Assembly (NCBI GenBank): GCA_964401595.1
Contig: CAYNZA010000003.1
Coordinates: forward strand, 1 to 62,752
DNA: 62,752 nucleotides
Direction: 5' to 3'
Source of the DNA: an uncultured Desulfomonile sp.
Lineage (GTDB): Bacteria; Desulfobacterota; Desulfomonilia; Desulfomonilales; Desulfomonilaceae
The notes below the pieces were generated by a model that saw only the letters and a list, made by a program, of their open reading frames with translations, was not told the DNA's origin and searched no databases. The translations under genes were made by a program, and so were the position numbers. The first letter of the stretch is position 1; every line of letters starts with the position of its first letter. Positions 29,301 to 37,720 of this stretch are shown in pieces.

Positions 29301-29664
29301 ATCTATGCTGCCTCAGGGGGCTAACGGCTTCCTGACGATGACCGACGTCATGAAATTGAAGGCAGATCTCTCGATAGTGGCTCTAACCGCATGTCAAACA
29401 GGGTTGGGAAAGAATCAGACAGGTGAGGGTGTTATGAGCATGGGGAGAGCCTTCCAGTACATAGGAGCACGATCGGTGCTGATGAGTCTATGGTCGGTAG
29501 CGGAAAAATCTTCGGTGACTCTTATAGAAATATTCTTTAAGAATCTGAAAGAAGGAAAAGACAAGTTGACATGTCTTGACATCGCCCGCAAAGAGGTCAG
29601 AAGCCAAGGCTTTGAACACCCTTTTTTCTGGGCTCCTTTCGTTTTGCTGGGTGAAGCCAGGTAG
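26305..29664 (+). CDS. Exported TPR-repeat protein with a C-terminal CHAT (caspase-like) protease domain
   Basis: GGAGG lies 6 nt upstream of ATG 26305. The hydrophobic N-terminus is MITRFLHCLSSLVIVMLMSGFLMA. More than 10 TPR-like repeats follow. The CHAT His/Cys dyad contexts are IIFATHGLFN and VALTACQTGLG, and the C-terminal ending is HPFFWAPFVLLGEA. Confidence 0.85.
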   Translation: MITRFLHCLSSLVIVMLMSGFLMADEPRDGLQLLASAFEIDLKAQSRQDFENALTKYDLALKSFEKTNDLNGQLRALDGMAWILELFGESGKAGTLYLKKLSISNELGDEVSAVQSLYALGRVNTSLSNYAEALRFLNKALELVSKTQDIRAKGVIYSGLAEIHRQSGQFPAALEMLNKSLEISRNQKDVPGQVIDLLNLGRLYMDIGYPDDAARFLMLHMEALNTVARDFRIDMTNIGVTQVYIQLANYCRGLDPKSGIREIRRPFSDVFIEDVSLETFSVKGPQGDMILYRRLGETDQALDTYRWTFEFQKKLGDMAGQSMTLNNVGLIHRIRGEFSKALECFEQSLDISARMECPYAQAVTLNNMARIYVAWGYNQKARELFERSLGIREKIGSSAGQGQIYSQLGDLMRNWGLYNDALEYYAKCYAIHEASGQTLAMGDTLIRRGLALKGLDRNQQAFTELEKGLSLVKIAKGYENWPCDIIGNFYLDMGDLAHAQEYISRGGFYSSLARMALANSDLSGARMNYQLLLENGEKDGNVNNLFVALTGLGVVSEKSGDLTGAMEFYTKALKLTEELRDGLLPSERRNFYDLRTGGFYRSEPAKGLVRVFTLLNQPLESINAAETVRARSFSDHLSVRRLENFEGVPEEVLSQEDELTSRLASLKKRLLGIDKTAEQKAWEKVSLEIHRAQAAMDSFVEVLRGKYRPYAQIKYPRPVTLPESGLRPDETTIVFDVAGDMVVVKLIKGRELAGFYHMQWRESELVSDINGFRESFDTVKLRNFDVDLAKKLYHRLLEPALSKVPKGTRLTIIPDGILSVLPFEALVTQGTAEWRKGIGGYFPHGIKYLADDYPISYQQSLTSLSIARQKDPISHKTGNRLLVIADPVFQLSDQRAQKIEDQRLARVENDGQGRLMAAIEDFEGGYMKFDRLPQTGVLAQNLSRLYPGLTDSFTGFEASKKGFLEESARKMFQYDKIIFATHGLFNDRIPGISEPFLALSMLPQGANGFLTMTDVMKLKADLSIVALTACQTGLGKNQTGEGVMSMGRAFQYIGARSVLMSLWSVAEKSSVTLIEIFFKNLKEGKDKLTCLDIARKEVRSQGFEHPFFWAPFVLLGEAR

Positions 29665-29925
29665 ATAAAATGTCAGGCCGGTATGTTACAGCGCGTCAAA
29701 CACGTTTGGGTGAAAAACATGCGGTCAGGACCTGACTTTCTGGAATCCAGGTAATGAAGCAGGTCCGCTACGGAAACGGCAAAGGCCTGCATTAGAAGGG
29801 TTCCCAGGCCAAAAACCGAGAACAGGGCCAACGCCGCCACTACAAGGGCCACAAGGGAAATTACCAAACATTCCGATGGGGGAAGTCCTTGCTGTGTGGA
29901 ATTAGTCACAAGCCTTGAAGTTCAA

Positions 29926-30420
29926 TCAATTCTTGTGGCCGGGCCACTCCATTATCGGAACTGCGCTAATGCTGTTTTTGGGACTCCCTTCCAGGACCCG
30001 GTCGCTGTACGACACATAAATGAGAACATTTCGTTTCGGGTCAAAAAAACGAACCACGTGAAGCTTCTTGAACAACAGGCTGCGATGTTCGCCAAAAACA
30101 GCTTCACCGTCTTTCAGTTCACCTGTAATTTTGATCGGTCCAACCTGTCGGCAGGCGATGCTGGCGTCACTGGTGTCCTCGGCAAGTCCAAGTTCTCCCT
30201 TGACACCTCCCGTTTGAGCACGGGCTATATAGCATACGACGCCCTGAACCTTCGGGTCTTCAAAGCTATCCACTACTATCTTGTCATTTGGACCGAGCCA
30301 GCGAAAATTAGTGCTGACCGTCCCGGTCGTACCCCTGTCAGGACGACTCAATATCCACCATCCAAACGCAATGACCAAAACAAGAATGACCGCCCCGACA
30401 ATAGTAATAATCTTTTTCAT
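29926..30420 (-). CDS. creA: CreA family protein
   Basis: There is near-colinear similarity to E. coli CreA: [55 protein letters not shown] ... [22 protein letters not shown]. Confidence 0.9.
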   Translation of the reverse strand: MKKIITIVGAVILVLVIAFGWWILSRPDRGTTGTVSTNFRWLGPNDKIVVDSFEDPKVQGVVCYIARAQTGGVKGELGLAEDTSDASIACRQVGPIKITGELKDGEAVFGEHRSLLFKKLHVVRFFDPKRNVLIYVSYSDRVLEGSPKNSISAVPIMEWPGHKN

Positions 30421-30622
30421 GATGATTCAACCTCTTGAAGTGTCTGATCGACAATCATTTCTATTATATTACTGTCTGGTCGATAACATCAAGTTGGCTT
30501 TACATGAAATGGCCCGGGAGTTTAGAATTTTGACCCGGACTCCGGATTGTCATAAAACGGTAAGGCTGGCTACAGAAATTCCAGACATTTTTTCTAGGAC
30601 TAACTTCGATTTTTCTGTCATT

Positions 30623-33600
30623 ATGGAAAAAAATAACCATCACACCTCCATTCGGCTTAAGGCCTCCACAATGACTGACTCGAATGACAAAATCAGGCCA
30701 CGAATCCTCACTCCGATAATCATCTCTTTTCTGTTGCTGCTTTTGGCCTTTGCATTGGGTATGTACTTGTTTCAAACCAGGGTGAATGACATCCAGGCAA
30801 AACAACGAATGGAATCTTTGGGACTTTTATTCACACAATCGGTCTCCAACGACATCCTGCTATTGTCAAGCATGATTGACTTCCTGCAACAAGACAGGGT
30901 CTTGACCGGTTATTGGGAAACAAGAGACAGGGAGGGGCTTCTCAGGCACGTCAGACCAATCTTCGAAAATTTAAAGTCCAGATACCGTGTAACCCACTTC
31001 TATTTTATAGATCCGCAAGGTGTCTGTGAATTGAGGGTTCACAAACCTGAGAGTTTTGGTGACCTAATTGACCGTGTCACTTTAAAACAGGCAAAGGAAT
31101 CTGGACAGACCGCAGCCGGAATAGAATTGGGGCCGTATGGAACCTTCGCCCTGAGGGTAGTCAGACCTTGGGTTGTCGATGGAGAATTGATTGGCTATCT
31201 GGAACTGGGTGAGGAGATTGATCATCTGACCGGGCATGTGGCTCGTGCTCTTGACGTAGACATCATAATTGCAATTTCCAAAAAATTTGTACAGCGGGAT
31301 GGATGGGAAAAGGGCCTCTTGATTTCAGGGCGCAATGCCCGCTGGGATGACATCAGCGATCATGTCATCGTGGACAACGTCGGTTCAAAAGGCCTCGATG
31401 TATTTGTAAACCAGTTGCTTGCCTCGAGCGAGACGTCAGGAACACATGCACGGTCTGTGGATCTCAATGGCGCTTATTATCGTGTTGTGGCGCTACCGTT
31501 GCTTGATGCGGCAAACAGGCATGTGGGCCGAATTCTGGCTTTCAAGGATGTGACGGAAGTAGAGAACGCTCTGACGGTCCTTACTGCCTCGGTGATAGGC
31601 CTGGGACTTGCTTTGGGAGTTTGTTTAACGGTGTTCTTCTATTTTTTTATAGGAAGAATTCAGCATAGTCTCATCACCCGGAGGCAGGCCCTGGAACTGG
31701 AAATGGAAGAGCGGGCCAGGTATCAGAAGTCCCTCCAGAACAATTTGTCGTTTCTCTCCACATTGATCGATACGATTCCGAGTCCGATTTTTTATGTGGA
31801 TAGAGAAGGTGTTTATATGGGATGCAATCGAGCCTTCTCCGAGGAGGTGATCGGACAGTCCAAAAATGGAATAATAGGACGTAGAATCAATGAAATATTG
31901 GATAAAATATCCAAAGAGCAGTCCATCATCTATCACGACAAAGATTTAGAGCTTATTGCACAGGGGGGCTCCATTCAGTATGAGGCAGAAATAAAATTGT
32001 CGGACGGCCGGTTGCGGTATTTCATTTTCAACAAGGCCGCCTATAGGGATGCTCAGGGAAGTGTGGCCGGCGTTGTGGGTGTCATGCTGGACATGACGGA
32101 ACGGAAACTGGCCGAGCGAGCTATCAACAGGGCCCGTGAAGAAACGGAAGAAAGTAACCGGAAACTGCAGGAAAGTTTTGAACTGGCCACCAAGTTGGCA
32201 GTTGAAGCGCAAGTGGCAAACATGGCCAAGAGCGAGTTCCTGGCCAACATGAGTCATGAAATTCGCACGCCTATGAACGGTGTCATAGGAATGACGGAAC
32301 TTGCGCTGACGACCGACCTTGATACGGAGCAAAGAGAATATCTGGAATCAGTCAGGACATCCGCCGATTCCCTGTTGACCATTATAAATGACATCCTTGA
32401 TTTTTCCAAGATGGAAGCAGGAAAACTGGAACTCAGCGAGACTGATTTTGGACTCAGGGATTTCATGGCAGAGACCATGACTACCATGGCCTACCAGGCT
32501 CACAGGAAGGGACTGGAATTTGCCTATTATATTCCTCCGGAGGCGCCGGATAATGTGCGTGGGGATAAGGGGCGACTAAGACAGATTCTGATTAACCTTC
32601 TGGGCAATTCAATCAAATTTACTTCCCATGGAGAAATAATAGTGAACGTACGCCTCGAATCGAGCACAGAGGACGTGATCAGTTTACGTTTCAGCGTGCA
32701 TGATTCAGGGATCGGAATTCCTTCAGAAAAGCTTAACAATATATTCAAGCCCTTCGAACAGGTGGACGCATCTACAACCAGGGAATATGGTGGCACGGGC
32801 TTGGGCCTTGCCATTGTTTACAAACTTGTAGAGATGATGCAAGGACGGATTTGGGTAGAAAGTGAAGTCGGTGTCGGCAGTGACTTTAACTTCATTGTCA
32901 AGCTTGGAGCCGGATCCGGCAACCTGGCCGAATGTGAACCGTCGGCGGATGATTTTTCTATTACAGGTATGAGAGTCCTTGTCGTTGACGACAATGAGAC
33001 GAACAGGCGTATACTGGAATTAATCCTCCAGCATTGGTCGATGGAGCCAGTATGTGTAAGTAGCGGTTTCAAGGGGCTGGAGGAACTGGACAGGGCCTAT
33101 GTCTCCGGAAAGCACTTTTCTGTCTTACTGGTTGACTACATGATGCCGCAAATGGACGGACTGGAATTTGTAGCTGAGGTCAAGAAAGATCAACGGTTCG
33201 CTGATTTGGCCAAAATTCTCTTGACCTCGGCCGGTGATAGAATCCCCATGGCTAAGTGGGCCGATCTCGGCATCCACAACTGTTTGACAAAACCGGTGAG
33301 ATCATTGGATTTACGCAAGGCGATGCTTGCTTCTTTGGGCCAATCCTGTGGTTCGGGTATTGTAGAAGCGACGACAACGCCCCAAACAATTATGTCAAGT
33401 TCTGTACGACTGAGCATTCTCCTGGCCGAGGATAACATAGTCAACCAGAAACTGGCGGCTACAATCCTGAAAAAGATGGGGCACTCCGTGACTGTCGCTT
33501 CCGATGGAAAGGAAGCATTGTCTTTTTGGGAACTAGGAAATTTTGACGTGATTCTGATGGATGTTCAGATGCCCAACATGGATGGATTTGAAGCCACCAG

Positions 33601-33778
33601 AATCATTCGTGACAGGGAAAAGTCAACTAATTCCCACATTCCGATTCTGGCCATGACGGCATACGCAATGAAAGGCGACCGTGAAAAATGTCTGGACGCC
33701 GGCATGGATGGATATTTGGCCAAACCTATCAATGTCAGGGAGTTTCAGGAGACATTGGATGTAATAGCCCAAAAATAG
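30623..33778 (+). CDS. Hybrid sensor histidine kinase: TM, periplasmic Cache-like domain, TM, PAS, HisKA, HATPase_c and two receivers
   Basis: The H-box is SEFLANMSHEIRTPMNGVIG, with GTGLGLAIV. The receivers are VLVVDDNETN...LLVDYMMPQMDG and ILLAEDNIVN...ILMDVQMPNMDG...AKPI. ATG 30623 was chosen because the upstream part of the 1165-aa ORF overlaps creA on the other strand. ATG 30671 is also possible. Confidence 0.85.
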   Translation: MEKNNHHTSIRLKASTMTDSNDKIRPRILTPIIISFLLLLLAFALGMYLFQTRVNDIQAKQRMESLGLLFTQSVSNDILLLSSMIDFLQQDRVLTGYWETRDREGLLRHVRPIFENLKSRYRVTHFYFIDPQGVCELRVHKPESFGDLIDRVTLKQAKESGQTAAGIELGPYGTFALRVVRPWVVDGELIGYLELGEEIDHLTGHVARALDVDIIIAISKKFVQRDGWEKGLLISGRNARWDDISDHVIVDNVGSKGLDVFVNQLLASSETSGTHARSVDLNGAYYRVVALPLLDAANRHVGRILAFKDVTEVENALTVLTASVIGLGLALGVCLTVFFYFFIGRIQHSLITRRQALELEMEERARYQKSLQNNLSFLSTLIDTIPSPIFYVDREGVYMGCNRAFSEEVIGQSKNGIIGRRINEILDKISKEQSIIYHDKDLELIAQGGSIQYEAEIKLSDGRLRYFIFNKAAYRDAQGSVAGVVGVMLDMTERKLAERAINRAREETEESNRKLQESFELATKLAVEAQVANMAKSEFLANMSHEIRTPMNGVIGMTELALTTDLDTEQREYLESVRTSADSLLTIINDILDFSKMEAGKLELSETDFGLRDFMAETMTTMAYQAHRKGLEFAYYIPPEAPDNVRGDKGRLRQILINLLGNSIKFTSHGEIIVNVRLESSTEDVISLRFSVHDSGIGIPSEKLNNIFKPFEQVDASTTREYGGTGLGLAIVYKLVEMMQGRIWVESEVGVGSDFNFIVKLGAGSGNLAECEPSADDFSITGMRVLVVDDNETNRRILELILQHWSMEPVCVSSGFKGLEELDRAYVSGKHFSVLLVDYMMPQMDGLEFVAEVKKDQRFADLAKILLTSAGDRIPMAKWADLGIHNCLTKPVRSLDLRKAMLASLGQSCGSGIVEATTTPQTIMSSSVRLSILLAEDNIVNQKLAATILKKMGHSVTVASDGKEALSFWELGNFDVILMDVQMPNMDGFEATRIIRDREKSTNSHIPILAMTAYAMKGDREKCLDAGMDGYLAKPINVREFQETLDVIAQK

Positions 33779-33815
33779 GTGAACATGTCAGGCTCAACGC
33801 ACTACATCTACAAAT

Positions 33816-36800
33816 TCAACACTCGTCGAGAGCCTTTCTGACGGTTTCCAGAAGTTGTTTACTCTCAAACGGTTTATGGACGAATCCTTTAGCTCCTGCC
33901 TCGATGATTTGTTTGGTAGGTCCATCGACATAGAAGCCACTGGCGATAATCGCCTTGACGTCAGGGTCGATCTTCAGCAGTTCCTGGAGACACTCTTTGC
34001 CTCCCATAAGTGGCATGTTGAGGTCCAGAACAAGCAGGGAGATTTCATTCCTGGATTTTGCGTAGACCTCAAGCGCTTCGTGACCATTAGCGGCAGTTAG
34101 TACGATGTAGCCGCTCCGGGTGAGCACTCTCTCTCCGAAATCCCTGATCTGTTTATCATCATCGACTAGCAGCAATGTTTCGGAGCCTGCAGGGGGCATG
34201 TCGCAGGTATCATCAACGTCAGTCGCCGGTTCAGGCGAAATAATTGGAAGGTATATGCTGAATGTGGTCCCCAGACCCGGTTCGCTGTAACACGTGATGT
34301 GGCCGCCGTGTCCCTTGACTATTCCATAAACCATCGCCAATCCGAGTCCGGTTCCTTCACCTGACTGTTTAGTAGTGTAGAATGGTTCGAACATGTGTTC
34401 GATGACGGCCTTCTCCATCCCATGGCCGGTATCGGAGATTTTAAGGACCACATATTCGCCCGGCTTGACATCAAGCTCAGTCTGGCAATATTCTTCGTCA
34501 AGAATGGCTTTTCCAGTTGAGATGGTAAGTTTCCCCCCGTTGGGCATAGCGTCCCTGGCATTGACTGCCAGGTTGAGAAGGGCCTGCTCTATCTGGCCCG
34601 GATCTGCATGGACTGATCCAAGGTTCTCGCTGAGTTCCATCTCAATGTCTATCATACGAGGGATGGTTCGACGGAGTAGTTTCTGGGCTTCATTCAATTG
34701 TTGGTTGAGATTAATGGGGCGAGGGTTTGTCTCCATCTTTCTGCTGAATGTGAGAATCTGTCGAACCAGTTCAGCTCCTCTTTTTGCCGCATGGTTTATG
34801 GCGTGAAGTTCCTGGAAATCCTTTTTGCCCGCCTCTTTTTCCATAAGGAGGATTTCGCTATATCCGAGGATAACCTGCAACAGGTTGTTGAAATCGTGGG
34901 CTATTCCTCCGGCCAGAGTGCCGATGGACTCCATTTTTTGTGCCTGGACGAGTTGCTTTTGCAATAGAATTTCGCCCGTCACATCCCTGGTAACCCCAAC
35001 ATAATTTACTATTTTTCCATTTGTGCCAAAGACGGGAGAGATCGTGGCTTCCTCTATGAATGACCTGCCGTCTTTTTTCTTGCCATCTATACGGCCTTTC
35101 CAGACCTTTCCTCCAGTGATTGTCCTGATCCTGGAGTCAAGTCCTCCCTGTCCTGATTTCTGGGCTTCCCATAACTGAGCAGTGGCGCCTACGGCCTCTG
35201 TCCCGGAATAGCCGGTTATCACTTCAAACGCCGGATTTACGTACTGGACCCGCCCCTTTGCGTCTGTAATGACGACAGCTTCTGCGGCCTGTTCAACAGC
35301 GGTAGACAGCCTGAGTCTGGCTTCTTCCTCTCTCCTGCGGTCATGCACATCAGTGATCAGGACCAATACTGCCGGTCTGCCGTCCCAATCAATCAGGCCG
35401 ACCGCAATTTCATGCCAACGTGCTTTTCCATTTTGTCTCAGCAACCTAATAGAATAACGTGTGGGTATTTCCTGACCCAAAAGACGTTGTCGGTGTCTCT
35501 CTGCTACGATATGCCTGTCCCGTGGGTCAACGAATTCAGCAAAAATGTTGCCGATCAGATATTCTCTTTCATATCCCACCATTTCTGCAGCCCGGGAGTT
35601 AGCAAAACGTATGAGATCATCCTGGGCCACCATGATTCCGTCACTTGCATTTTCAACAACAAGCCTGTATTTGGCCTCTGATTGTCTTAACGCGTCTTCA
35701 GACCTCTTACGTTCAGTGAGATCCTCCACTATCGCCATACCTCCGGAAACGAGGCCATCCGTTCCACGAAGGCCCCGGAAGTAGACCTTTACGGGAGTGA
35801 CCTTTTCGGCAGTGACAGAAGCGTAATCTCCTTCATATACCCCCAATCCTGTAGACAAAGCATTCTTGACGGATTCTATAACCTCAGCATTTTTGATGCC
35901 TGTTAATGTGTTTAGCCCGACGAGTTGTTCTTTTGATGAGCCTATGATCGACACAAACACTTCATTACATGCGGTGATGACACCATTCTCATCAAAATGA
36001 TAAATGCCCAGAGGGGCGTGCTCAAAAATTGTTCGATACTTCTGTTCCGATCGTAGCAGTTTGGTTTCCCATTCCTTCTGTTCCGTTACGTCTCGACCCA
36101 CGCCAAAGATAGAGTTGTCATGAGGGACAGAAATCGAATTCCACGATATCCACTTGTATGAGCCATCCTTGCAAAGGTACCGGTTCTCAAAATCACAAAC
36201 AGCTTTGCCTTCTCTAAGTAAAGACCTTACTTTGTTGGTGGATTCCAGGTCTTCCGGATGGACCAGGTCTGTCCACTGTTTGTCGAGCAATTCCTCCATA
36301 GACCATCCGAGCGTCTTGGCCCAAGCTGGGTTTACCTGTTTGAAATATCCCTCAAAGCTGACTATACACAACATATCGATCAAGAGTTCGAACAGTTTGT
36401 GGCGTTCCTGTTCAAGGGCCCGAATCTTTGAAATATCCCTGATGTTCAGGTTGGTTCTTTCTTCTCCTTTGGCGTTCAGGAACACCGAACTTGCTATCTC
36501 TGCCAGGAATATGGATCCATCTTTTCGCCTGAAGCAGAGTTCGCCTATAGCCTTTCCTGTTCGCCTTCTCTCCTCCAAGTGTTTCGGGAGTCTGGGGTCC
36601 GTGGTATCGACTAGTCCATCCCTGCCGGATTCTACGATTTCCTCCTCAGTGTAACCGAGCATTTTGCATGCCCTAGGATTGGCCCTGAAAATTCTACCGT
36701 CCGGCGCCGTAAGAAGAATGGCTTCGAGGCTGTTTTCGAAGAGCGAACGGAATATCTCTTCACTTTCCTTGAGTCGAAGTTGGTCCTGCGTGTGTTGTAT

Positions 36801-37187
36801 TTCAAGGCTTTTGTTCTTTAGAGCCGCCTCAATTGTCAGGGGAAGACGCTTAACGTGTGAGGGGCTTTTTATAACGTAATCCGAAGCGCCTTTTTTCATA
36901 GCCTCGACGGCAATTTCCTCTGAACCTGTTCCAGTGAACAGCACTACAGGAACATCCGGAGTCTTTGCCCGAACAGCCTCTATCACCTGCAATCCCTCAT
37001 ATCCCAATATGTTGAAATCACTAAGGACAACGTCATAACCGCCTGCATTAAGCCTTTTTTCAAATTCTTCCCTGGAATCCGCTTCGGTCAGAACAAAGCG
37101 AGTGTTTTCTCTCTCCAATATGTCCTTGACCAACTGTCGATCGAGTGGCGAGTCATCAACGTACAGTACATGAATCGGATTAGTCAT
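33816..37187 (-). CDS. Receiver - multiple (about 6) PAS/PAC - HisKA - HATPase_c - receiver hybrid histidine kinase
   Basis: The N-terminal REC is VLYVDDSPLD...VVLSDFNILGYEG...IKSP. The H-box is LAGGIAHDFNNLLQVILGY, with DTGHGM and GTGLGLAMV. The C-terminal REC is LLLVDDD...LVLDLNMPLMGG...HKPF. GGAGA lies 5 nt upstream of ATG 37187. Confidence 0.85.
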   Translation of the reverse strand: MTNPIHVLYVDDSPLDRQLVKDILERENTRFVLTEADSREEFEKRLNAGGYDVVLSDFNILGYEGLQVIEAVRAKTPDVPVVLFTGTGSEEIAVEAMKKGASDYVIKSPSHVKRLPLTIEAALKNKSLEIQHTQDQLRLKESEEIFRSLFENSLEAILLTAPDGRIFRANPRACKMLGYTEEEIVESGRDGLVDTTDPRLPKHLEERRRTGKAIGELCFRRKDGSIFLAEIASSVFLNAKGEERTNLNIRDISKIRALEQERHKLFELLIDMLCIVSFEGYFKQVNPAWAKTLGWSMEELLDKQWTDLVHPEDLESTNKVRSLLREGKAVCDFENRYLCKDGSYKWISWNSISVPHDNSIFGVGRDVTEQKEWETKLLRSEQKYRTIFEHAPLGIYHFDENGVITACNEVFVSIIGSSKEQLVGLNTLTGIKNAEVIESVKNALSTGLGVYEGDYASVTAEKVTPVKVYFRGLRGTDGLVSGGMAIVEDLTERKRSEDALRQSEAKYRLVVENASDGIMVAQDDLIRFANSRAAEMVGYEREYLIGNIFAEFVDPRDRHIVAERHRQRLLGQEIPTRYSIRLLRQNGKARWHEIAVGLIDWDGRPAVLVLITDVHDRRREEEARLRLSTAVEQAAEAVVITDAKGRVQYVNPAFEVITGYSGTEAVGATAQLWEAQKSGQGGLDSRIRTITGGKVWKGRIDGKKKDGRSFIEEATISPVFGTNGKIVNYVGVTRDVTGEILLQKQLVQAQKMESIGTLAGGIAHDFNNLLQVILGYSEILLMEKEAGKKDFQELHAINHAAKRGAELVRQILTFSRKMETNPRPINLNQQLNEAQKLLRRTIPRMIDIEMELSENLGSVHADPGQIEQALLNLAVNARDAMPNGGKLTISTGKAILDEEYCQTELDVKPGEYVVLKISDTGHGMEKAVIEHMFEPFYTTKQSGEGTGLGLAMVYGIVKGHGGHITCYSEPGLGTTFSIYLPIISPEPATDVDDTCDMPPAGSETLLLVDDDKQIRDFGERVLTRSGYIVLTAANGHEALEVYAKSRNEISLLVLDLNMPLMGGKECLQELLKIDPDVKAIIASGFYVDGPTKQIIEAGAKGFVHKPFESKQLLETVRKALDEC

Positions 37188-37226
37188 GTGATTCTCCACT
37201 GGTGACCTCAACTATTGGGGATGTCA

Positions 37227-37703
37227 TCAATTGCCCTGATTTGTCTCGGCGTCTTCATCTACACTCTTAGGAGGACCAATGTTTAGTGTAAGCCAGTATT
37301 CCCCGACTTTATCGATCACTTTGAGGAATCCCTCGAAAGAAACCGGTTTTCTGAGATAACTGTTGGCTCCGGATTCATAACTTAGCGCTCGATCAGTCTC
37401 TTCCTCTGATGAAGTCAGGATGATTACCGGCAATCTTTTAAGACCCGGCGTCATTTTAATCCGGCTTAGGACCTCGTGTCCGTCAATTCCCGGCAGGTTC
37501 AAGTCAAGCAGAATCAAATCAGGCATGGGGTAAGCCTTACGGTCGGCGTACTGACCATTACCGAAAATGTAGTCAAGGGCTTCCCGTCCGTTTCGAGCCA
37601 CCTGAATGGTGTTTAGCAGGCGACTCTCTCGAAACGCGTCTAATGTCAACTCTATGTCGAAGCGGTTGTCCTCAACCAATAGTATGTGGGCTGGTTTTGG
37701 CAT
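37227..37703 (-). CDS. Single-domain (CheY/Rcp1-like) response regulator
   Basis: ILLVEDNRFD...LILLDLNLPGIDG...ILTSS...LRKPV shows that all receiver signature residues are present. There is no output domain. Confidence 0.85.
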   Translation of the reverse strand: MPKPAHILLVEDNRFDIELTLDAFRESRLLNTIQVARNGREALDYIFGNGQYADRKAYPMPDLILLDLNLPGIDGHEVLSRIKMTPGLKRLPVIILTSSEEETDRALSYESGANSYLRKPVSFEGFLKVIDKVGEYWLTLNIGPPKSVDEDAETNQGN

Positions 37704-37720
37704 TTTCTTGCTCCATCAGA

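Noticed and set aside
26305-29664. TPR-CHAT protein as a Craspase (type III-E CRISPR Csx29-like) effector
   Set aside because: No gRAMP/Cas7-11, Csx30/31, RpoE-like or CRISPR array is nearby. In addition, the protein has an export-like N-terminus, which does not fit a cytoplasmic CRISPR effector.
29673-29909. 78-aa minus-strand ORF downstream of creA (one hydrophobic helix)
   Set aside because: It has only a GTG start with a weak AAGG 3-4 nt upstream and no recognisable motif. It may be a real small membrane protein, but I cannot support it.
29896-30438. 180-aa plus-strand ORF
   Set aside because: It is the antisense shadow of creA, which has unambiguous family similarity.
30281-30622. N-terminal 114 codons of the 1165-aa ORF as part of the hybrid kinase
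   Set aside because: This segment overlaps the well-supported creA gene on the opposite strand, and its low-complexity translation looks non-protein-like. The first TM helix follows ATG 30623/30671.
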